Virus record (IMG/VR): IMGVR_UViG_2918982202_000003 | DNA length: 64,000 bases | Source: a virus | Taxonomy: Duplodnaviria; Caudoviricetes | Reading direction: 5' to 3' (one strand) | Shown: piece after piece, positions 36,917-47,089 of the stretch | How positions within the stretch are numbered: position 1 is the stretch's first letter | How the letters are laid out: every line of letters starts with the position of its first letter | Notes under the pieces: model-generated | Databases searched by the model: none | The model's input: only the letters and a program-made list of their open reading frames with translations | What the model was told of the DNA's origin: nothing | Made by a program: the position numbers and the translations under genes

Positions 36917-38407
36917 TTAGCGCCGTACCGAGTAGGTGCCGGCGGCAGCTGCGGGGGCTTCACGCTTCATGACGAGCCTCCCGAACGCCCCCGAGGACGC
37001 ATCTACTTGGTCCTTGAACTTGCCGGTCGGAAACGCGGCGAGTTCGTCGAGGTAGGCCTCGTTCCAGGGCCCTGCGATCAGCGACACGTTGCCGGCCTCA
37101 CACTGCGCAGCGAAGGGGCGAGCCCGATCCACCTTGTCGCCCGTTTCGGGCTCGGCATGCGCGGTGAAGCCGGCAAGCAGCGCGATCATGTCTGACTTCT
37201 GCACCTTGCCGGCCTGCCCGGGATCCTGCGGCAGGCTGACCTCGACCCCGTGTCCGTCGGTCTCGGCGGTGGCCTTGATCAGCCTACGCACCGCGTCGCC
37301 TTCCTGCTGCTCGGTGACGACGTGGGCGACGACGTAGCGCCCATCCGGTGTCCGCCCGAGTTTCACGCCAGCCGTACGCGCCGCCGTGACCTTCTTAGTC
37401 GCCGCCAGATCCCAGTGGCGCACCCACCGGGTGCCGGCCGGCGCGGCGGCGATGATGCGCCCCTCGAACCAATGGCGCTGGAAGATGCTGCCCTGCCGCG
37501 GCCCAGGCCGCTGCTGGAACTGGCCGGCGATCGCGTAGGAGCCCATCGGGATCTTGTCCCGCTCGACCGTCGCGCGCGGGAAGCGCTCGGGGAAGAGCAG
37601 ATCGCCCTCAGCTTGCCGGGGATCGGCGAACCCAATGGAGGTCCGGCACGCGCGTTCCGGCTCAAACTCCATCGGCAGCATCAGGTGCTCGTAGCCGAGC
37701 CCGAGCGAGAGGATCTGACCCGAGATGTCCTTCTCGTGCAGGCGCTGCATGATCACCACGATGGCCGACGACACCGGATCGTTCAGGCGGGTCGGCACCG
37801 ATTCCCGGAAGATGCGGGTGGTGCGCTCGCGTTCGGCGTCCGATTCCGCGGTCTCGGTCGAGTGCGGGTCGTCAATGATGACGCGATCGCCGCGACCGCC
37901 GGTGAGGCTCTGGAACGGCATGCCCTCGCGGGCACCGCGGCGGGTGTTCTCGAAGCTGATCTCGCCGGCCCGGCTGAGCACCACCTCGGGCCACAGCGCC
38001 CGATACCAATCCGAGGTGACGAGGTCGCGCATTCGGCGGGAATCGCGCTTTGCGTAGTTCTCGGAATACGAGGTCGTCAGGTAGCGTAGGCTCGGCCGGC
38101 CTGTCGGACCCCATTCCCAGGCAGGCCAGAACACCGAGGCGATGAGAGACTTCATCGTGCCCGGCGGAATGTTAATCAGCAGCCGGGTCAGGCGACCGTC
38201 GGTGATCGCTTCGAGGTGCTCGCACACCGCATCAATGTGCCAGCCGTGCAAGTAGGGCTGGCCGGGTTCGAGGACGTGCCAAGCCTCGCGGACGAAGCCG
38301 GAGAGACGCTGGCAGCGGGACCGGATGCGCTCGGCGTCGTGGGCGAGGGCAACCCGTTCAGCCTCATCCTGTCGCCGAGCCTTCTCCGCCCGGATCGCCC
38401 TCATCAT
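36917..38407 (-). CDS. terL: Terminase large subunit
   Basis: INIPPGTMKSL Walker-A variant, VIIDDPH Walker B, HWDLA nuclease, DQVDASSGAF; start is one of the ATGs near 38407 (alternative 38464). Confidence 0.92.
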   Translation of the reverse strand: MMRAIRAEKARRQDEAERVALAHDAERIRSRCQRLSGFVREAWHVLEPGQPYLHGWHIDAVCEHLEAITDGRLTRLLINIPPGTMKSLIASVFWPAWEWGPTGRPSLRYLTTSYSENYAKRDSRRMRDLVTSDWYRALWPEVVLSRAGEISFENTRRGAREGMPFQSLTGGRGDRVIIDDPHSTETAESDAERERTTRIFRESVPTRLNDPVSSAIVVIMQRLHEKDISGQILSLGLGYEHLMLPMEFEPERACRTSIGFADPRQAEGDLLFPERFPRATVERDKIPMGSYAIAGQFQQRPGPRQGSIFQRHWFEGRIIAAAPAGTRWVRHWDLAATKKVTAARTAGVKLGRTPDGRYVVAHVVTEQQEGDAVRRLIKATAETDGHGVEVSLPQDPGQAGKVQKSDMIALLAGFTAHAEPETGDKVDRARPFAAQCEAGNVSLIAGPWNEAYLDELAAFPTGKFKDQVDASSGAFGRLVMKREAPAAAAGTYSVRR

Positions 38408-38741
38408 CGCCGCCGGATCCGGCAAGCGGACCGAAGACAGCCTCAAGGGTGGCGAGCTGATCATTCGACAACCTGCTCAGATCCGCCACCGCGATGGGGC
38501 CGCCGTCTCGGCCGGTGTGCTGCACGGCGGCGAGCCGCGGGTGCATGTACGGCGCGGCGTCCTTCGCGAACCCAGCCGCCTCGTCGAAGCGGTCGGCCGC
38601 CCAGTGGTGCCGCATCGCGCCGAGGATGACTTCGAGGGGAGTGATGCCTTCGGCCGCGGCCTTCTCGGCGATCTGCCGCGTGCGCCGCGTCGCCGAGCCC
38701 TGCTTTCGTCCGGCCCCCGGCCGCTTGCCGCCGCGTGCCAC
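38364..38741 (-). CDS. terS: Terminase small subunit
   Basis: RGGKRPGAGRK...GITPLE...AKDAAPYMHPRL. Confidence 0.85.
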   Translation of the reverse strand: MARGGKRPGAGRKQGSATRRTRQIAEKAAAEGITPLEVILGAMRHHWAADRFDEAAGFAKDAAPYMHPRLAAVQHTGRDGGPIAVADLSRLSNDQLATLEAVFGPLAGSGGDDEGDPGGEGSATG

Positions 38742-38786
38742 GTTTGATTACCTTTGATTTTTTTCCACGATGAGGATGGAAATCAA

Positions 38787-39017
38787 ATGTCACTGACCGG
38801 CACAGCGATCACCCATAGCCACCAGTCAGCAGGGACCGCCTCTACCGCTCTCGTCGTGCACCTGATGAAAACGCTCGTAACCAACGGAACGCTGACGCAG
38901 GAGCAGGCTGCGGATATTGTTCAAGCAGCGATGAGCGATCTTCGTCACTCAGACTACAGCGTCGCTCGCGGAGCGGTCGATATCCTGCGGGAAGTGGCAG
39001 TCCCGGCGTTCGAGTAA
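38787..39017 (+). CDS. Hypothetical protein
   Basis: 76-aa helical ORF, opposite strand to the late genes. Confidence 0.55.
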   Translation: MSLTGTAITHSHQSAGTASTALVVHLMKTLVTNGTLTQEQAADIVQAAMSDLRHSDYSVARGAVDILREVAVPAFE

Positions 39018-39151
39018 GCGCTCGGACAGAATCCGAGCAAAGAGGCGAGTCGTCCAAGATGCGTCGTGCTAAGCCACCTGCCTAAAAGGCTGATTACGTT
39101 TCACGGTTCTCAATTAGAATCAGCCCGCTACGCTCACTAAGGCGCGATAAA

Positions 39152-39865
39152 ATGCCTGAACGCGAAATGGTTTTGGCGCATTGCAACAAATGCCGACAGA
39201 AAACGAAGCATGACATAGTTCATCGCGAGATGACAGAGGGTAGAGAACCCGACGATGAGTCTGGCCATTATACTTGGTGGACGGATACGTATGATATGCT
39301 GGAGTGCAGGGGTTGTGGAGAGTTCCACTTACGCCACATCAGTTCGTTCTCCGAAGCCGAGCAGTCCGACATCTATGAGTATCCGCCTCGTATCTCTCGC
39401 TCAAAACCTGAATGGCTTGGTAAATTCCCCGGTCCATTTTGGGGAGGAGAAACCGAGATAGAACAGTTGTTGAATGAGGTGTACGCCGCTGTGCATAATG
39501 GATCACTCCGCTTGGCGGCGATCGGCACCCGAGCCCTACTAGAACATGTTATGATCGACAAGGTTGGTGATACGGGGACTATCGCCGGCAATATCAAGGC
39601 GTTCTTAAGCGCAGGGTTCGTTGCGCCTGCCGATCAGAATAGGTTTCGTGATAAGCTTATCGAAGCAGGCCACGCCGCTATGCATCGAGGCTATCGTCCG
39701 AAAGCTAAAGATTTAAATATCCTGCTTGATCTTACCGAGGCCCTAATCGCATCTATCTATGTACATCCGTTTTTCGAAGGCCAGCTTGAGGCTGGGATTC
39801 CAAAACGCAACAGTTTGGCTGCACCGTTGTCTACAGTACTCCCCTCGTCACGTCCTAAGAAATAA
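39152..39865 (+). CDS. DUF4145 (HEPN-like) protein with N-terminal zinc ribbon
   Basis: CNKC...CRGC, YPP, LAAIGTRALLE, EAGHAAMH; AT-richer than flanks. Confidence 0.8.
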   Translation: MPEREMVLAHCNKCRQKTKHDIVHREMTEGREPDDESGHYTWWTDTYDMLECRGCGEFHLRHISSFSEAEQSDIYEYPPRISRSKPEWLGKFPGPFWGGETEIEQLLNEVYAAVHNGSLRLAAIGTRALLEHVMIDKVGDTGTIAGNIKAFLSAGFVAPADQNRFRDKLIEAGHAAMHRGYRPKAKDLNILLDLTEALIASIYVHPFFEGQLEAGIPKRNSLAAPLSTVLPSSRPKK

Positions 39866-39877
39866 GCTGAGGCAGCC

Positions 39878-40573
39878 TCACATGGTTGGCTTGCTAGCCC
39901 GGAAGGCGTCGAGCTCCTGCCGTGATTGTCTGCCGCTCCGACGCCGCGTGTAGCGCAACCGCTCCTTTGTTCCGCGCAGGGCATCGACCCAGTCGAGTAC
40001 CGGCGGGGTGGCGGCGCCTTGCAAACGCGCCGCGTTCCGCTCGATCTCTCGAAGTCGGGCGTGCTCGCGTTCCCTGGATCGTGCCAGCGCCAACTTCTTG
40101 TCCCGAACGATCTGCCGGCGGGTGATCTGTTCTGGGGTTTGCGCAGCACCGATACCGCCGGGCATAAGGTTTGTAAGACGGGGCATGCCGTCGATTAGGC
40201 GCCATTCGTGCTCAAGGGCATCGCTCTCAAGTGTGTAGGCCGCCTCAACCTCGACGATGACGCGACTGTCTGCTGCGAGGATCTGCGAGATGCGAGCGCA
40301 CTTCGCAGGATTGCCAGCACTCCTGCCGGCTCGAACAAGCCGCTCGTGGTGCCAAGCGCGCGATCTCTGTCCCTTGCCGACGTAGAAAGTCTCACCGTTG
40401 CTGGGATCGACCAGCCTGTAGACGTAGAACCCAGGTGGGACGTCACCATCGACGCCCGTCCATGCCGTGAGCTCAATGATACTTTCGGGCTGCGGAACGT
40501 CGAGGAGTGCGATCAGCTTTGCAGCTCGCCGCTTGGCTCCTCTGCCTGCTCGAGCACCGCGCTTTCTCGACAT
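39878..40573 (-). CDS. GIY-YIG nuclease (LEM-3-like)
   Basis: FYVYRLVDP...FYVGKG...R...E..LI...LTN. Confidence 0.8.
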   Translation of the reverse strand: MSRKRGARAGRGAKRRAAKLIALLDVPQPESIIELTAWTGVDGDVPPGFYVYRLVDPSNGETFYVGKGQRSRAWHHERLVRAGRSAGNPAKCARISQILAADSRVIVEVEAAYTLESDALEHEWRLIDGMPRLTNLMPGGIGAAQTPEQITRRQIVRDKKLALARSREREHARLREIERNAARLQGAATPPVLDWVDALRGTKERLRYTRRRSGRQSRQELDAFRASKPTM

Positions 40574-40744
40574 CGTGAGTGATCTGCTGCGGACAGAGTC
40601 CAAACTATGTATGCCGAACGTGGGCAGATCGTCCCGACGCAGGCACGTGACCCGGTAGTTCCGGCAGGGAGCACCCCATAGGGAGCGCACACACGCACAT
40701 CCGGCCGTCCACGGGGGCCATAGATTCAGAACCCGATTCGCGAG

Positions 40745-41386
40745 TCAAGCGGGGGCCAGCTGATGCGGCTCGAACTGCACAGGCGTCGCCCGGCCGAAGA
40801 TCGAGACCTCGGCGAGGATGTGCCCCGACTGCAGCAGCTCGGTCACCATGGCGTAGAAGCTCGCGAACGGCCCGTCGGCAACCCGCATCGTCTCGCCGAC
40901 CCGGTAGAGCGCGGCGGCCTGCATCCGCTCGGACTTCACGTCGCCGGAGAAGGCGTCGGCGATGGCCTGCATGACGCCGTGCGGGATGCGCAGGGGCTTC
41001 TCGACGCCGAGGATCGCCGCCACGGCCTGACAGCGCCGCAGCCGGTGCAGATCGTCCTCGTCGGCCTTCAGGATGGCCTGCCCCGTCTTGGCGTCGCGCT
41101 CGCCGGGCACGGTCCCGACCCCGACAAACAGGTAGCCCGGAAACAGGTGCAGCACCGTGTCGATCTTCCGTCCGCGGCGGACGATGGTGCTCTCGTAGAC
41201 CGGCATCCACACGTCGAGCCCGACCTCGCGCAGCGCCGCCTCGGCCTGGCGATCGGGCTCGCCCTGCGCCTCGTAGGTCGGCGCGCCGATGTCCCAGGTC
41301 GCGGCGACGAACCACGCCCGGGCCGGGTCGATGATCCGGCGCTCGCCGAACCGGATGTGCTGACGCTTCCCGCGGCTACGGCTCAT
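40745..41386 (-). CDS. NusG-family late-gene antiterminator
   Basis: WFVA..., LFPGYLFV, C-terminal KOW VGETMRVADGPFASF...VSIFGRATPV. Confidence 0.88.
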   Translation of the reverse strand: MSRSRGKRQHIRFGERRIIDPARAWFVAATWDIGAPTYEAQGEPDRQAEAALREVGLDVWMPVYESTIVRRGRKIDTVLHLFPGYLFVGVGTVPGERDAKTGQAILKADEDDLHRLRRCQAVAAILGVEKPLRIPHGVMQAIADAFSGDVKSERMQAAALYRVGETMRVADGPFASFYAMVTELLQSGHILAEVSIFGRATPVQFEPHQLAPA

Positions 41387-41423
41387 TTGGCGCTCTCCTG
41401 CCCCTTGCAAATCGTGGTCGAGT

Positions 41424-41675
41424 TCAGACGAAGCGCGGCACGCAGACGTCACCCTGACGCTGCGGCTTGTGCTTCTGCCCATCGTCGAGAACCGTGACGA
41501 CGCGGCCTTCGGCCATGACGAATCCAGCAGCGCGGGGAATGAGTCTGCCGTCGAAGGCCTTGAGCGAAGCGGTGACCTCGTCACGCATCAGGGCACGCCA
41601 GCCCTCGACATCCACCCCGTGGATTCGCTCCATCCAGCGCAGCAGGGCGTGGTCGGTGATGGAAATATCGCTCAT
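41424..41675 (-). CDS. Phage hypothetical protein
   Basis: ITDHALLRWMERIHGVDV...GRVVTVL. Confidence 0.6.
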   Translation of the reverse strand: MSDISITDHALLRWMERIHGVDVEGWRALMRDEVTASLKAFDGRLIPRAAGFVMAEGRVVTVLDDGQKHKPQRQGDVCVPRFV

Positions 41676-42271
41676 CCAAACCTCCTGACGTCCTTGGTGA
41701 CGTGATGGGCGTTGCGCTCGGACACGGACCCTTGGCCCCAGACGCGGGGCAGGTGCTCGTCGCACCACGATCCGTGGAGGTTGCCGGGCCCGACGAAGGT
41801 GCGGCGGCCGCAGAACCGGTGCTGGTCGCGGGGCACGTCGTCGGCGGTGCAGGCGAACCGGCACTGGCGCGGTCCGAGGGCGAGCGTCGGCCACTCGCCG
41901 TAGGGATGCTCGATAATTTTTGGGCTCACGATCGTGGCGGCAAAAATTAACGTGGGGTCAGCAGCCGGCCCTTCGTCGCTTGTCGACAAGGCTGCAGACT
42001 GGCGCAGACTACCGCCCCCAACCCCCTGATCCTGTTCCGATATCGGCATACCGATGGCGGCTTCGGCACCACCCGGCCCCGCGGCCTCCGGTTGACAAAT
42101 CGGCCCTAAAATCGGTTCCGGTTGCGCGACGGCCTCGGGCTCCATCGCCGCCTTCCGTGAGGCCTCCTGCCGCCGCCGCTCGACGATCAGCTTCCGGCCC
42201 TGGCGGACGGCCTCGGCGGGCGTGAGGGGGCGGGTGTGGCGGGTCTGGCGGGCCATCATGCGGCCCGCCAT
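41672..42271 (-). CDS. GcrA-like protein (C-terminal Cys/His domain)
   Basis: TLALGPRQCRFA...FCG...SWCDEH. Confidence 0.65.
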   Translation of the reverse strand: MAGRMMARQTRHTRPLTPAEAVRQGRKLIVERRRQEASRKAAMEPEAVAQPEPILGPICQPEAAGPGGAEAAIGMPISEQDQGVGGGSLRQSAALSTSDEGPAADPTLIFAATIVSPKIIEHPYGEWPTLALGPRQCRFACTADDVPRDQHRFCGRRTFVGPGNLHGSWCDEHLPRVWGQGSVSERNAHHVTKDVRRFG

Positions 42272-42304
42272 GTGATTGTCGAGACTGCGTGAGCAGATTG
42301 AGCG

Positions 42305-42679
42305 TCAGGCGTCGCCGCGACGGCTCTCAGCGGCCCAGTCGAAGGCTGCCAGCATATCGCGCGCCCACTGGCACTCCTCGATCTTGGCGAACTCGGACAG
42401 CGCAGCACGGACCGACGCGGGAGAGGAGCCTTTTGAAAGCCAGTTGAAGGCGAAAGTGCCGGCCGGAGTGTCGAGCGGGTGACCGCTGGTGAGCCAGCCT
42501 GAGCCCATCGCACCGGTCGATTGGTCGAGATGCTCAGGGTCGCCGTGACCGACGCCGCGTCCAACCGTTTCGCGGCGGTCGAGGACGAGCACTTCCGAGC
42601 CGCCGGCGCGGCGGTACGGCGATTCGTCGTTCCAAAAAATGTCGGCGTGCTTCGCTGGGATGAGCTTTGCTTCGGGCAC
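42305..42679 (-). CDS. Hypothetical protein
   Basis: 124-aa ORF in the early-right operon. Confidence 0.5.
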   Translation of the reverse strand: MPEAKLIPAKHADIFWNDESPYRRAGGSEVLVLDRRETVGRGVGHGDPEHLDQSTGAMGSGWLTSGHPLDTPAGTFAFNWLSKGSSPASVRAALSEFAKIEECQWARDMLAAFDWAAESRRGDA

Positions 42680-42746
42680 GAATTCGCTCCTCGGTGTGGT
42701 GGTCGAGCATTCGACGCGAAAGGCGGGTGGCGCTCAAGGGGCAGCA

Positions 42747-43721
42747 TCACGCGGCCTCGCCGATCAGCAGCCGTGCCGGAATGCGGCATCCAGGCTGTCC
42801 AGGGGGCGGCCCGACCATGTGGTCGAGCCACTGGCCGTTTTCGCGATGCTTGGCGATGAACACTCGCAGCACCGCTTCGCCGTAGGACCCAAAGGGCGCG
42901 CCGAGGTCGACCATCTCGCCCGGCTTCGGCGGAGCCGACGCTTTGGCGCTCAGACCCTGCGCAGCACGGGCTTGCCGCTGGACGTCGACGCGCTCGGCGA
43001 CGGCATTGGCGAGGATCGACCAAGTGCGAATTGGCGTGCGGCGAGCCGCGACGAGGTCGATGATGGTCGGGATGATCTCCGCTTCGAGGTCGAGCCCGTC
43101 GGCCTCCAGCCGAGCCATCGGGCTGACGACGAGGTCGTTGACCCAGGCTGCCGGCAGCACGGCGCGGCAACGCCGTTCGACCCGGTCGAAGTTGTCCTTC
43201 GTGGCCCAGCCCTGAGACCTCTCGGCCGCGGCAACGGCTTCGGCGACCGGCGGCTCGGCAGGTGCCCGGTTGATCGTGGGTCGCGCGGGGTGAGAGTCGC
43301 CGCCGCCGCCGTTTCTAGAATCCTTTCCCTTCCCTTCTGTATTCCCTTCCCTTCCAGCGCCGATCGTTCGACGAACGGGTGGCGGGTCATGCTCCGGTGG
43401 CTCCGGGGTTTTTGGCTTTTGCGGCCGATCAATCTTCTGATGATGCCAGCCAGTCACCGCCAGAAACTCTTTTTCTTCAACGACATAAAGTCGTATCAGG
43501 CCGTTCCGCTCTAGTTCGTCGATCATTCCCCGAACGTTCGCTGACGTAAAATCGTCAGACGGGAACACCAGCGCCTTGATCTGCTTCGCCGAGGCCGGCA
43601 TGCGGCCCGCGTCGTCGCAGAAGTTCCAGATGCCGATGAACGCGAGGCGCGCATTCGTCGAACACTCCATCACCTGTTCTGAGGTCCAGAACTCCGGCTT
43701 TATCGTGCGGATACGAGCCAT
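42747..43721 (-). CDS. Phage replication initiator (O-like)
   Basis: MARIRTIKPEFWTSE...IGIWNFCDDAGR...WHHQKIDRP; next to DnaB. Confidence 0.82.
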   Translation of the reverse strand: MARIRTIKPEFWTSEQVMECSTNARLAFIGIWNFCDDAGRMPASAKQIKALVFPSDDFTSANVRGMIDELERNGLIRLYVVEEKEFLAVTGWHHQKIDRPQKPKTPEPPEHDPPPVRRTIGAGREGNTEGKGKDSRNGGGGDSHPARPTINRAPAEPPVAEAVAAAERSQGWATKDNFDRVERRCRAVLPAAWVNDLVVSPMARLEADGLDLEAEIIPTIIDLVAARRTPIRTWSILANAVAERVDVQRQARAAQGLSAKASAPPKPGEMVDLGAPFGSYGEAVLRVFIAKHRENGQWLDHMVGPPPGQPGCRIPARLLIGEAA

Positions 43722-45184
43722 CAGACGGCCCCTCGTGCATGTTGAGCGATGGTGGAGGAGGCCACGTCGCACCACAGATCGAGGGTGCATTCCGGGCCAG
43801 AGCGGTTCTTGCCGAGGATGATCTCGAGGCTGTTCTGCTTCTCGAACAGCTTCGCCGCGATCTCGGGATCGCCGCCGCCGCGGAGCTTCTTCTGCAGGTA
43901 GAAGGCGTCGCGGTAGAGCAGCAGGACGCAGTCGGCAGCCTCTTCAAGCTCGCCGGAGTCGCGCAGGTCCGACACCATGGGTCGGCGGTCCTGGCGCTCC
44001 TTAGCCTCGACGCCGCGGTTCAGCTGGGCGAGCAGGACGACGCAGATGTCCTCGCGCTTGGCGAGCTGCTTCAACTCGCCGGCGATCTGCCCGATTTCGA
44101 GGACGCGCTGGCCGAGATACCGGTCTGAGACCTTGATGTATTTGAGGTAGTCAATGAACACGACGCCGAGGCGGACGCCCTTGGCCGCGAGGCGCTTCTT
44201 CTCGGCCTTCACCTTGTAGGCCAGCTGCGCGAGCGAGATGCTGGGCTCGCATTCGACCTTCAGGTGGAGCTGCTGCAGGCGCTTCTGCGCATCCCGCAGC
44301 CGCCACACGTCCTCGTCGCTGAGATCGACGCCCTTCATGATCTGGCCGAAGGTCAGCGGCCGGTTGTGGACGTAGGACAGGTCGGCGAGGTAGCGGGCGA
44401 ACTGCTGATCGCGCGTCACCTCGAGCTGAAAGACCAGCACGCCGGCTTCGCGCGCCGCGTACCGGCTGAGCGAGGTCATGACGACCGTCTTTCCCATGCC
44501 GGGGCGTCCGGCCATCAGGTAGAGCTGGCCGCGTTGGAAGCCGCCGCTCGTCGCACGGTCGAGGTCGGGCACGCCGGTGGAGATCGCGTTGGACAGGATG
44601 GTGCCGGACCGAAGCTCGTCGATCCGGCCCAGCATCCACTCGGCGCCTTCACCGGCGGTCATGCCGGCAAGATGCGCATCGGGGGACTCGGCGCGCACTG
44701 CGAGCATCTGCGTCTCGGCGTCATCGATGAGGCCGGCACCGACCGTTCCGTTTTCGTCGATCGGGTCGTGCCGGGCGCGCGTGGCGAGGTCCTCGCCGAT
44801 TGCGACAAGGCGGCGGCGCTGGGCGAAGTCGCGCACGATGGCGGCATAGCCCGGCACGCTCGCACTGACGGCGGACGACGTGCCGAGGTGGGCGAGGTAG
44901 GTCATGGCCGGCTGACCGGCGATCTCGGCCTTGGGGAGGTAGCCCTTGACCGCCGGCGCGGTCGGCGCGGCGCCTGCCGCCGCCAGCCGGGTGATGACGG
45001 TGAAGATCTCTTGGTGGTCGGCGAAGAAAAAGTGCTCGGGCTGAAGCGTCGCGATTACCTTCTCCAGCGCGCCGGGCCACACCATCAGCGCGCCGAGCAG
45101 CGCCTGCTCGACCTCGATGTTGTGCGGCGGCGCCTCGGCCTCCGGCTTCTGATCCTGACGGAAGGGAACGACAGCGGTGCTCAT
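43721..45184 (-). CDS. dnaB: Replicative DNA helicase, DnaB-like
   Basis: PHNIEVEQALLG, AGRPGMGKT, FIDYL, LAQLNR, SDLRDSGELEEAAD, GKNRSG. Confidence 0.93.
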   Translation of the reverse strand: MSTAVVPFRQDQKPEAEAPPHNIEVEQALLGALMVWPGALEKVIATLQPEHFFFADHQEIFTVITRLAAAGAAPTAPAVKGYLPKAEIAGQPAMTYLAHLGTSSAVSASVPGYAAIVRDFAQRRRLVAIGEDLATRARHDPIDENGTVGAGLIDDAETQMLAVRAESPDAHLAGMTAGEGAEWMLGRIDELRSGTILSNAISTGVPDLDRATSGGFQRGQLYLMAGRPGMGKTVVMTSLSRYAAREAGVLVFQLEVTRDQQFARYLADLSYVHNRPLTFGQIMKGVDLSDEDVWRLRDAQKRLQQLHLKVECEPSISLAQLAYKVKAEKKRLAAKGVRLGVVFIDYLKYIKVSDRYLGQRVLEIGQIAGELKQLAKREDICVVLLAQLNRGVEAKERQDRRPMVSDLRDSGELEEAADCVLLLYRDAFYLQKKLRGGGDPEIAAKLFEKQNSLEIILGKNRSGPECTLDLWCDVASSTIAQHARGAV

Positions 45185-45372
45185 CCGAGGATCCTCCGGC
45201 GCTCGGCTTCGGAGAGGCCGGCGATCTGCATCCACGTCTCGAAGGCGCGGACGGCCGCGGCCATGTCGGGAAGGCGACCGCTGGCAACGGCGCGCTCGTG
45301 GAGGCTGGCGTAAAGCCGGAAGGCTTCCTCGGAGCGGGCGTCGCGTTCGGCTTGGAGGTCGATCACCGGCAT
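45181..45372 (-). CDS. Small hypothetical protein
   Basis: Coupled ORF in the early-right operon. Confidence 0.5.
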   Translation of the reverse strand: MPVIDLQAERDARSEEAFRLYASLHERAVASGRLPDMAAAVRAFETWMQIAGLSEAERRRILG

Positions 45373-45376
45373 GGCT

Positions 45377-46078
45377 TCATTCCGCGGCATGGGTGAGCAA
45401 CGGGCCGGCGTCGGGCTGCATGGCGAACCGGCGGCGGTCGTCGGGGCGGGTCAGCGCCTTCCGACAGCCGGGCGGGATCCAGAACGGCGCCATCGGGGCC
45501 CGGCTGCGCACCCACACGAACCACGCGTAGGACGTCGCCGTGGAGGCGTCGGGATCCCACCGCCCCTTTGTCATCGGCACGCGCTCGACGAAGGGGGCGA
45601 ACAGCGTCGGCGGCTGGTCGCGGAACAGCGTCTCGTATCGATCGACGCCCTCAATCCAGGCGGTGCGCAGCAGCATTGCCACGACTGGCGCCAGCGTCAG
45701 GGCGCGCCGCACAAAGAGAGAGGCCGGCCGGAAGGGCGGGTTCGAGACGATGAACTCGGGGTGCGGCCCGTCTGGCGGTGAGCCGATCACGGTGCCCTTG
45801 TCGAGGAAGTCCTCGACGCGGTAGCCGCGCCCATAGTCGAAGATGTCGGTGCCCCAGCCCCCGCCGCCGAAATACTCCAGCAGCACCTCGAACATGTGGC
45901 CTTCGCCGCAGGCCGGATCCCAGCAAGCGGAAAAATCCATCGCTTGCTGCAGGCCCAGATGCGGGAGGACGTGCTCGCACAGGGCGCGCGTCGCCCACGG
46001 CGGGGTCGGGAAGAACTCAAGGCTATCCGGCGGCTCGCGGCGCGAGGCCATGACGGCGGTGTGACCGGAGGGGATCAT
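45377..46078 (-). CDS. Orphan amino-DNA (N6-adenine) methyltransferase
   Basis: FFPTPPWA, WDPACGEG (SAM-binding), SNPPF (catalytic). Confidence 0.85.
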   Translation of the reverse strand: MIPSGHTAVMASRREPPDSLEFFPTPPWATRALCEHVLPHLGLQQAMDFSACWDPACGEGHMFEVLLEYFGGGGWGTDIFDYGRGYRVEDFLDKGTVIGSPPDGPHPEFIVSNPPFRPASLFVRRALTLAPVVAMLLRTAWIEGVDRYETLFRDQPPTLFAPFVERVPMTKGRWDPDASTATSYAWFVWVRSRAPMAPFWIPPGCRKALTRPDDRRRFAMQPDAGPLLTHAAE

Positions 46079-46320
46079 GCCGCAGCCCTCCGCGCGAGCT
46101 GCGCCACCGGGGCAATCGACCAGCCGCGATCCAGGCGCGCCGCGATCTCGGTGCCGTCCTCGGTGAAGCCGCGGCCCGGCACCATGACGCGCTCGGACTT
46201 GCCGCCCATCTCGACGGTGACGAGGTGGTAGAGAACGCCGAGGCGCTCGGCCGCCGCGAGGGCGCCCTTGTAGGAGCCGCGGTAGATCTCGCGACCGTCG
46301 TTGCAGAGGCGCCAGATCAT
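46075..46320 (-). CDS. Hypothetical protein
   Basis: Coupled ORF. Confidence 0.5.
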   Translation of the reverse strand: MIWRLCNDGREIYRGSYKGALAAAERLGVLYHLVTVEMGGKSERVMVPGRGFTEDGTEIAARLDRGWSIAPVAQLARRAAA

Positions 46321-46573
46321 GCCGCCCTCCGCGGCTGCTGGCCGATCATTTCAGCGCGGGCGACGATGTCCCCGCGCATGTCGACGGGAAGCGCCTGCAG
46401 GGCCGCCAGCGCGGCGGGCACGGCATCGGCCTGAAGCGTGGCGCGCCAGACGTGCGGAACGGCTGCGGCGGCGGCCAGGGGGAGCACGGCCCAGATGTCG
46501 CGTAGATCCTGGACCTGCAGGCTGCGCGGCCGGCCGGGGGTGAAGGCGCGGTGATCGGTGAAGGAGGCGCTCA
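46317..46573 (-). CDS. Hypothetical protein
   Basis: MSASFTDH... coupled ORF. Confidence 0.45.
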
Positions 46574-47086
46574 TGCGGCCTTCCTCCCGACGACACGAAC
46601 GTTGAACCGCTCGGCGTGCTTCGGCGCGACGGTCCTGACGGCGCAGCACCAAAGACCGAGGGCATCAGCAGCGTTATCGTCCTTGGGATTCCAGCCCCGG
46701 CGCTGCGCCGCGGCGATCATCTCGTGCTTCTCGGCCCGGCCGTTGCCGGCGAACGCGGCCTTCACGCTGCTGTTGTTGTGCTCGAGGCAGCGCGTCTCGC
46801 GGCGGTAGCAGGCGATCTCCGTCTGCCAGCATAGGCCCATCAGCTTGCGGGCCGTGTTCGCGTTGCCGGTGCCGCTGACGAAGGGGGCCTCGAAGATGAC
46901 GAGGGCCGGCTGAAAGAAGGTCAGCCGGTCCAGAAGCCATTGGTCGTAGGCGTCGCCGAAGCGCCCGAGGCTGGCGCTCGCCGACGGCAGCGGGTGAGTC
47001 CCATAGACGGGCTCCTCGTCGGGAGCGCCGACGGCGAACCCGATGCGCGTGGCGAGGTCCAGCGCCAGGATTTTCGGCAGCGCCAT
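46571..47086 (-). CDS. RuvC-like Holliday junction resolvase
   Basis: ILALDLAT, VIFEAP, KHEMI, DDNAADALG. Confidence 0.8.
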   Translation of the reverse strand: MALPKILALDLATRIGFAVGAPDEEPVYGTHPLPSASASLGRFGDAYDQWLLDRLTFFQPALVIFEAPFVSGTGNANTARKLMGLCWQTEIACYRRETRCLEHNNSSVKAAFAGNGRAEKHEMIAAAQRRGWNPKDDNAADALGLWCCAVRTVAPKHAERFNVRVVGRKAA

Positions 47087-47089
47087 GGC

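Noticed and set aside
23826-38741. Gene transfer agent
   Set aside because: Integrase, att site, repressor switch and replication genes show an autonomous prophage.
41424-41675. RelE-like toxin of a toxin-antitoxin pair
   Set aside because: The ITDHA..R motif is only suggestive, there is no adjacent antitoxin, and the gene sits in the ordinary early operon.
43320-43645. Replication-origin iterons (TTCGTCGA-like words) inside the initiator gene
   Set aside because: Few, short and irregularly spaced copies; cannot be told apart from chance.
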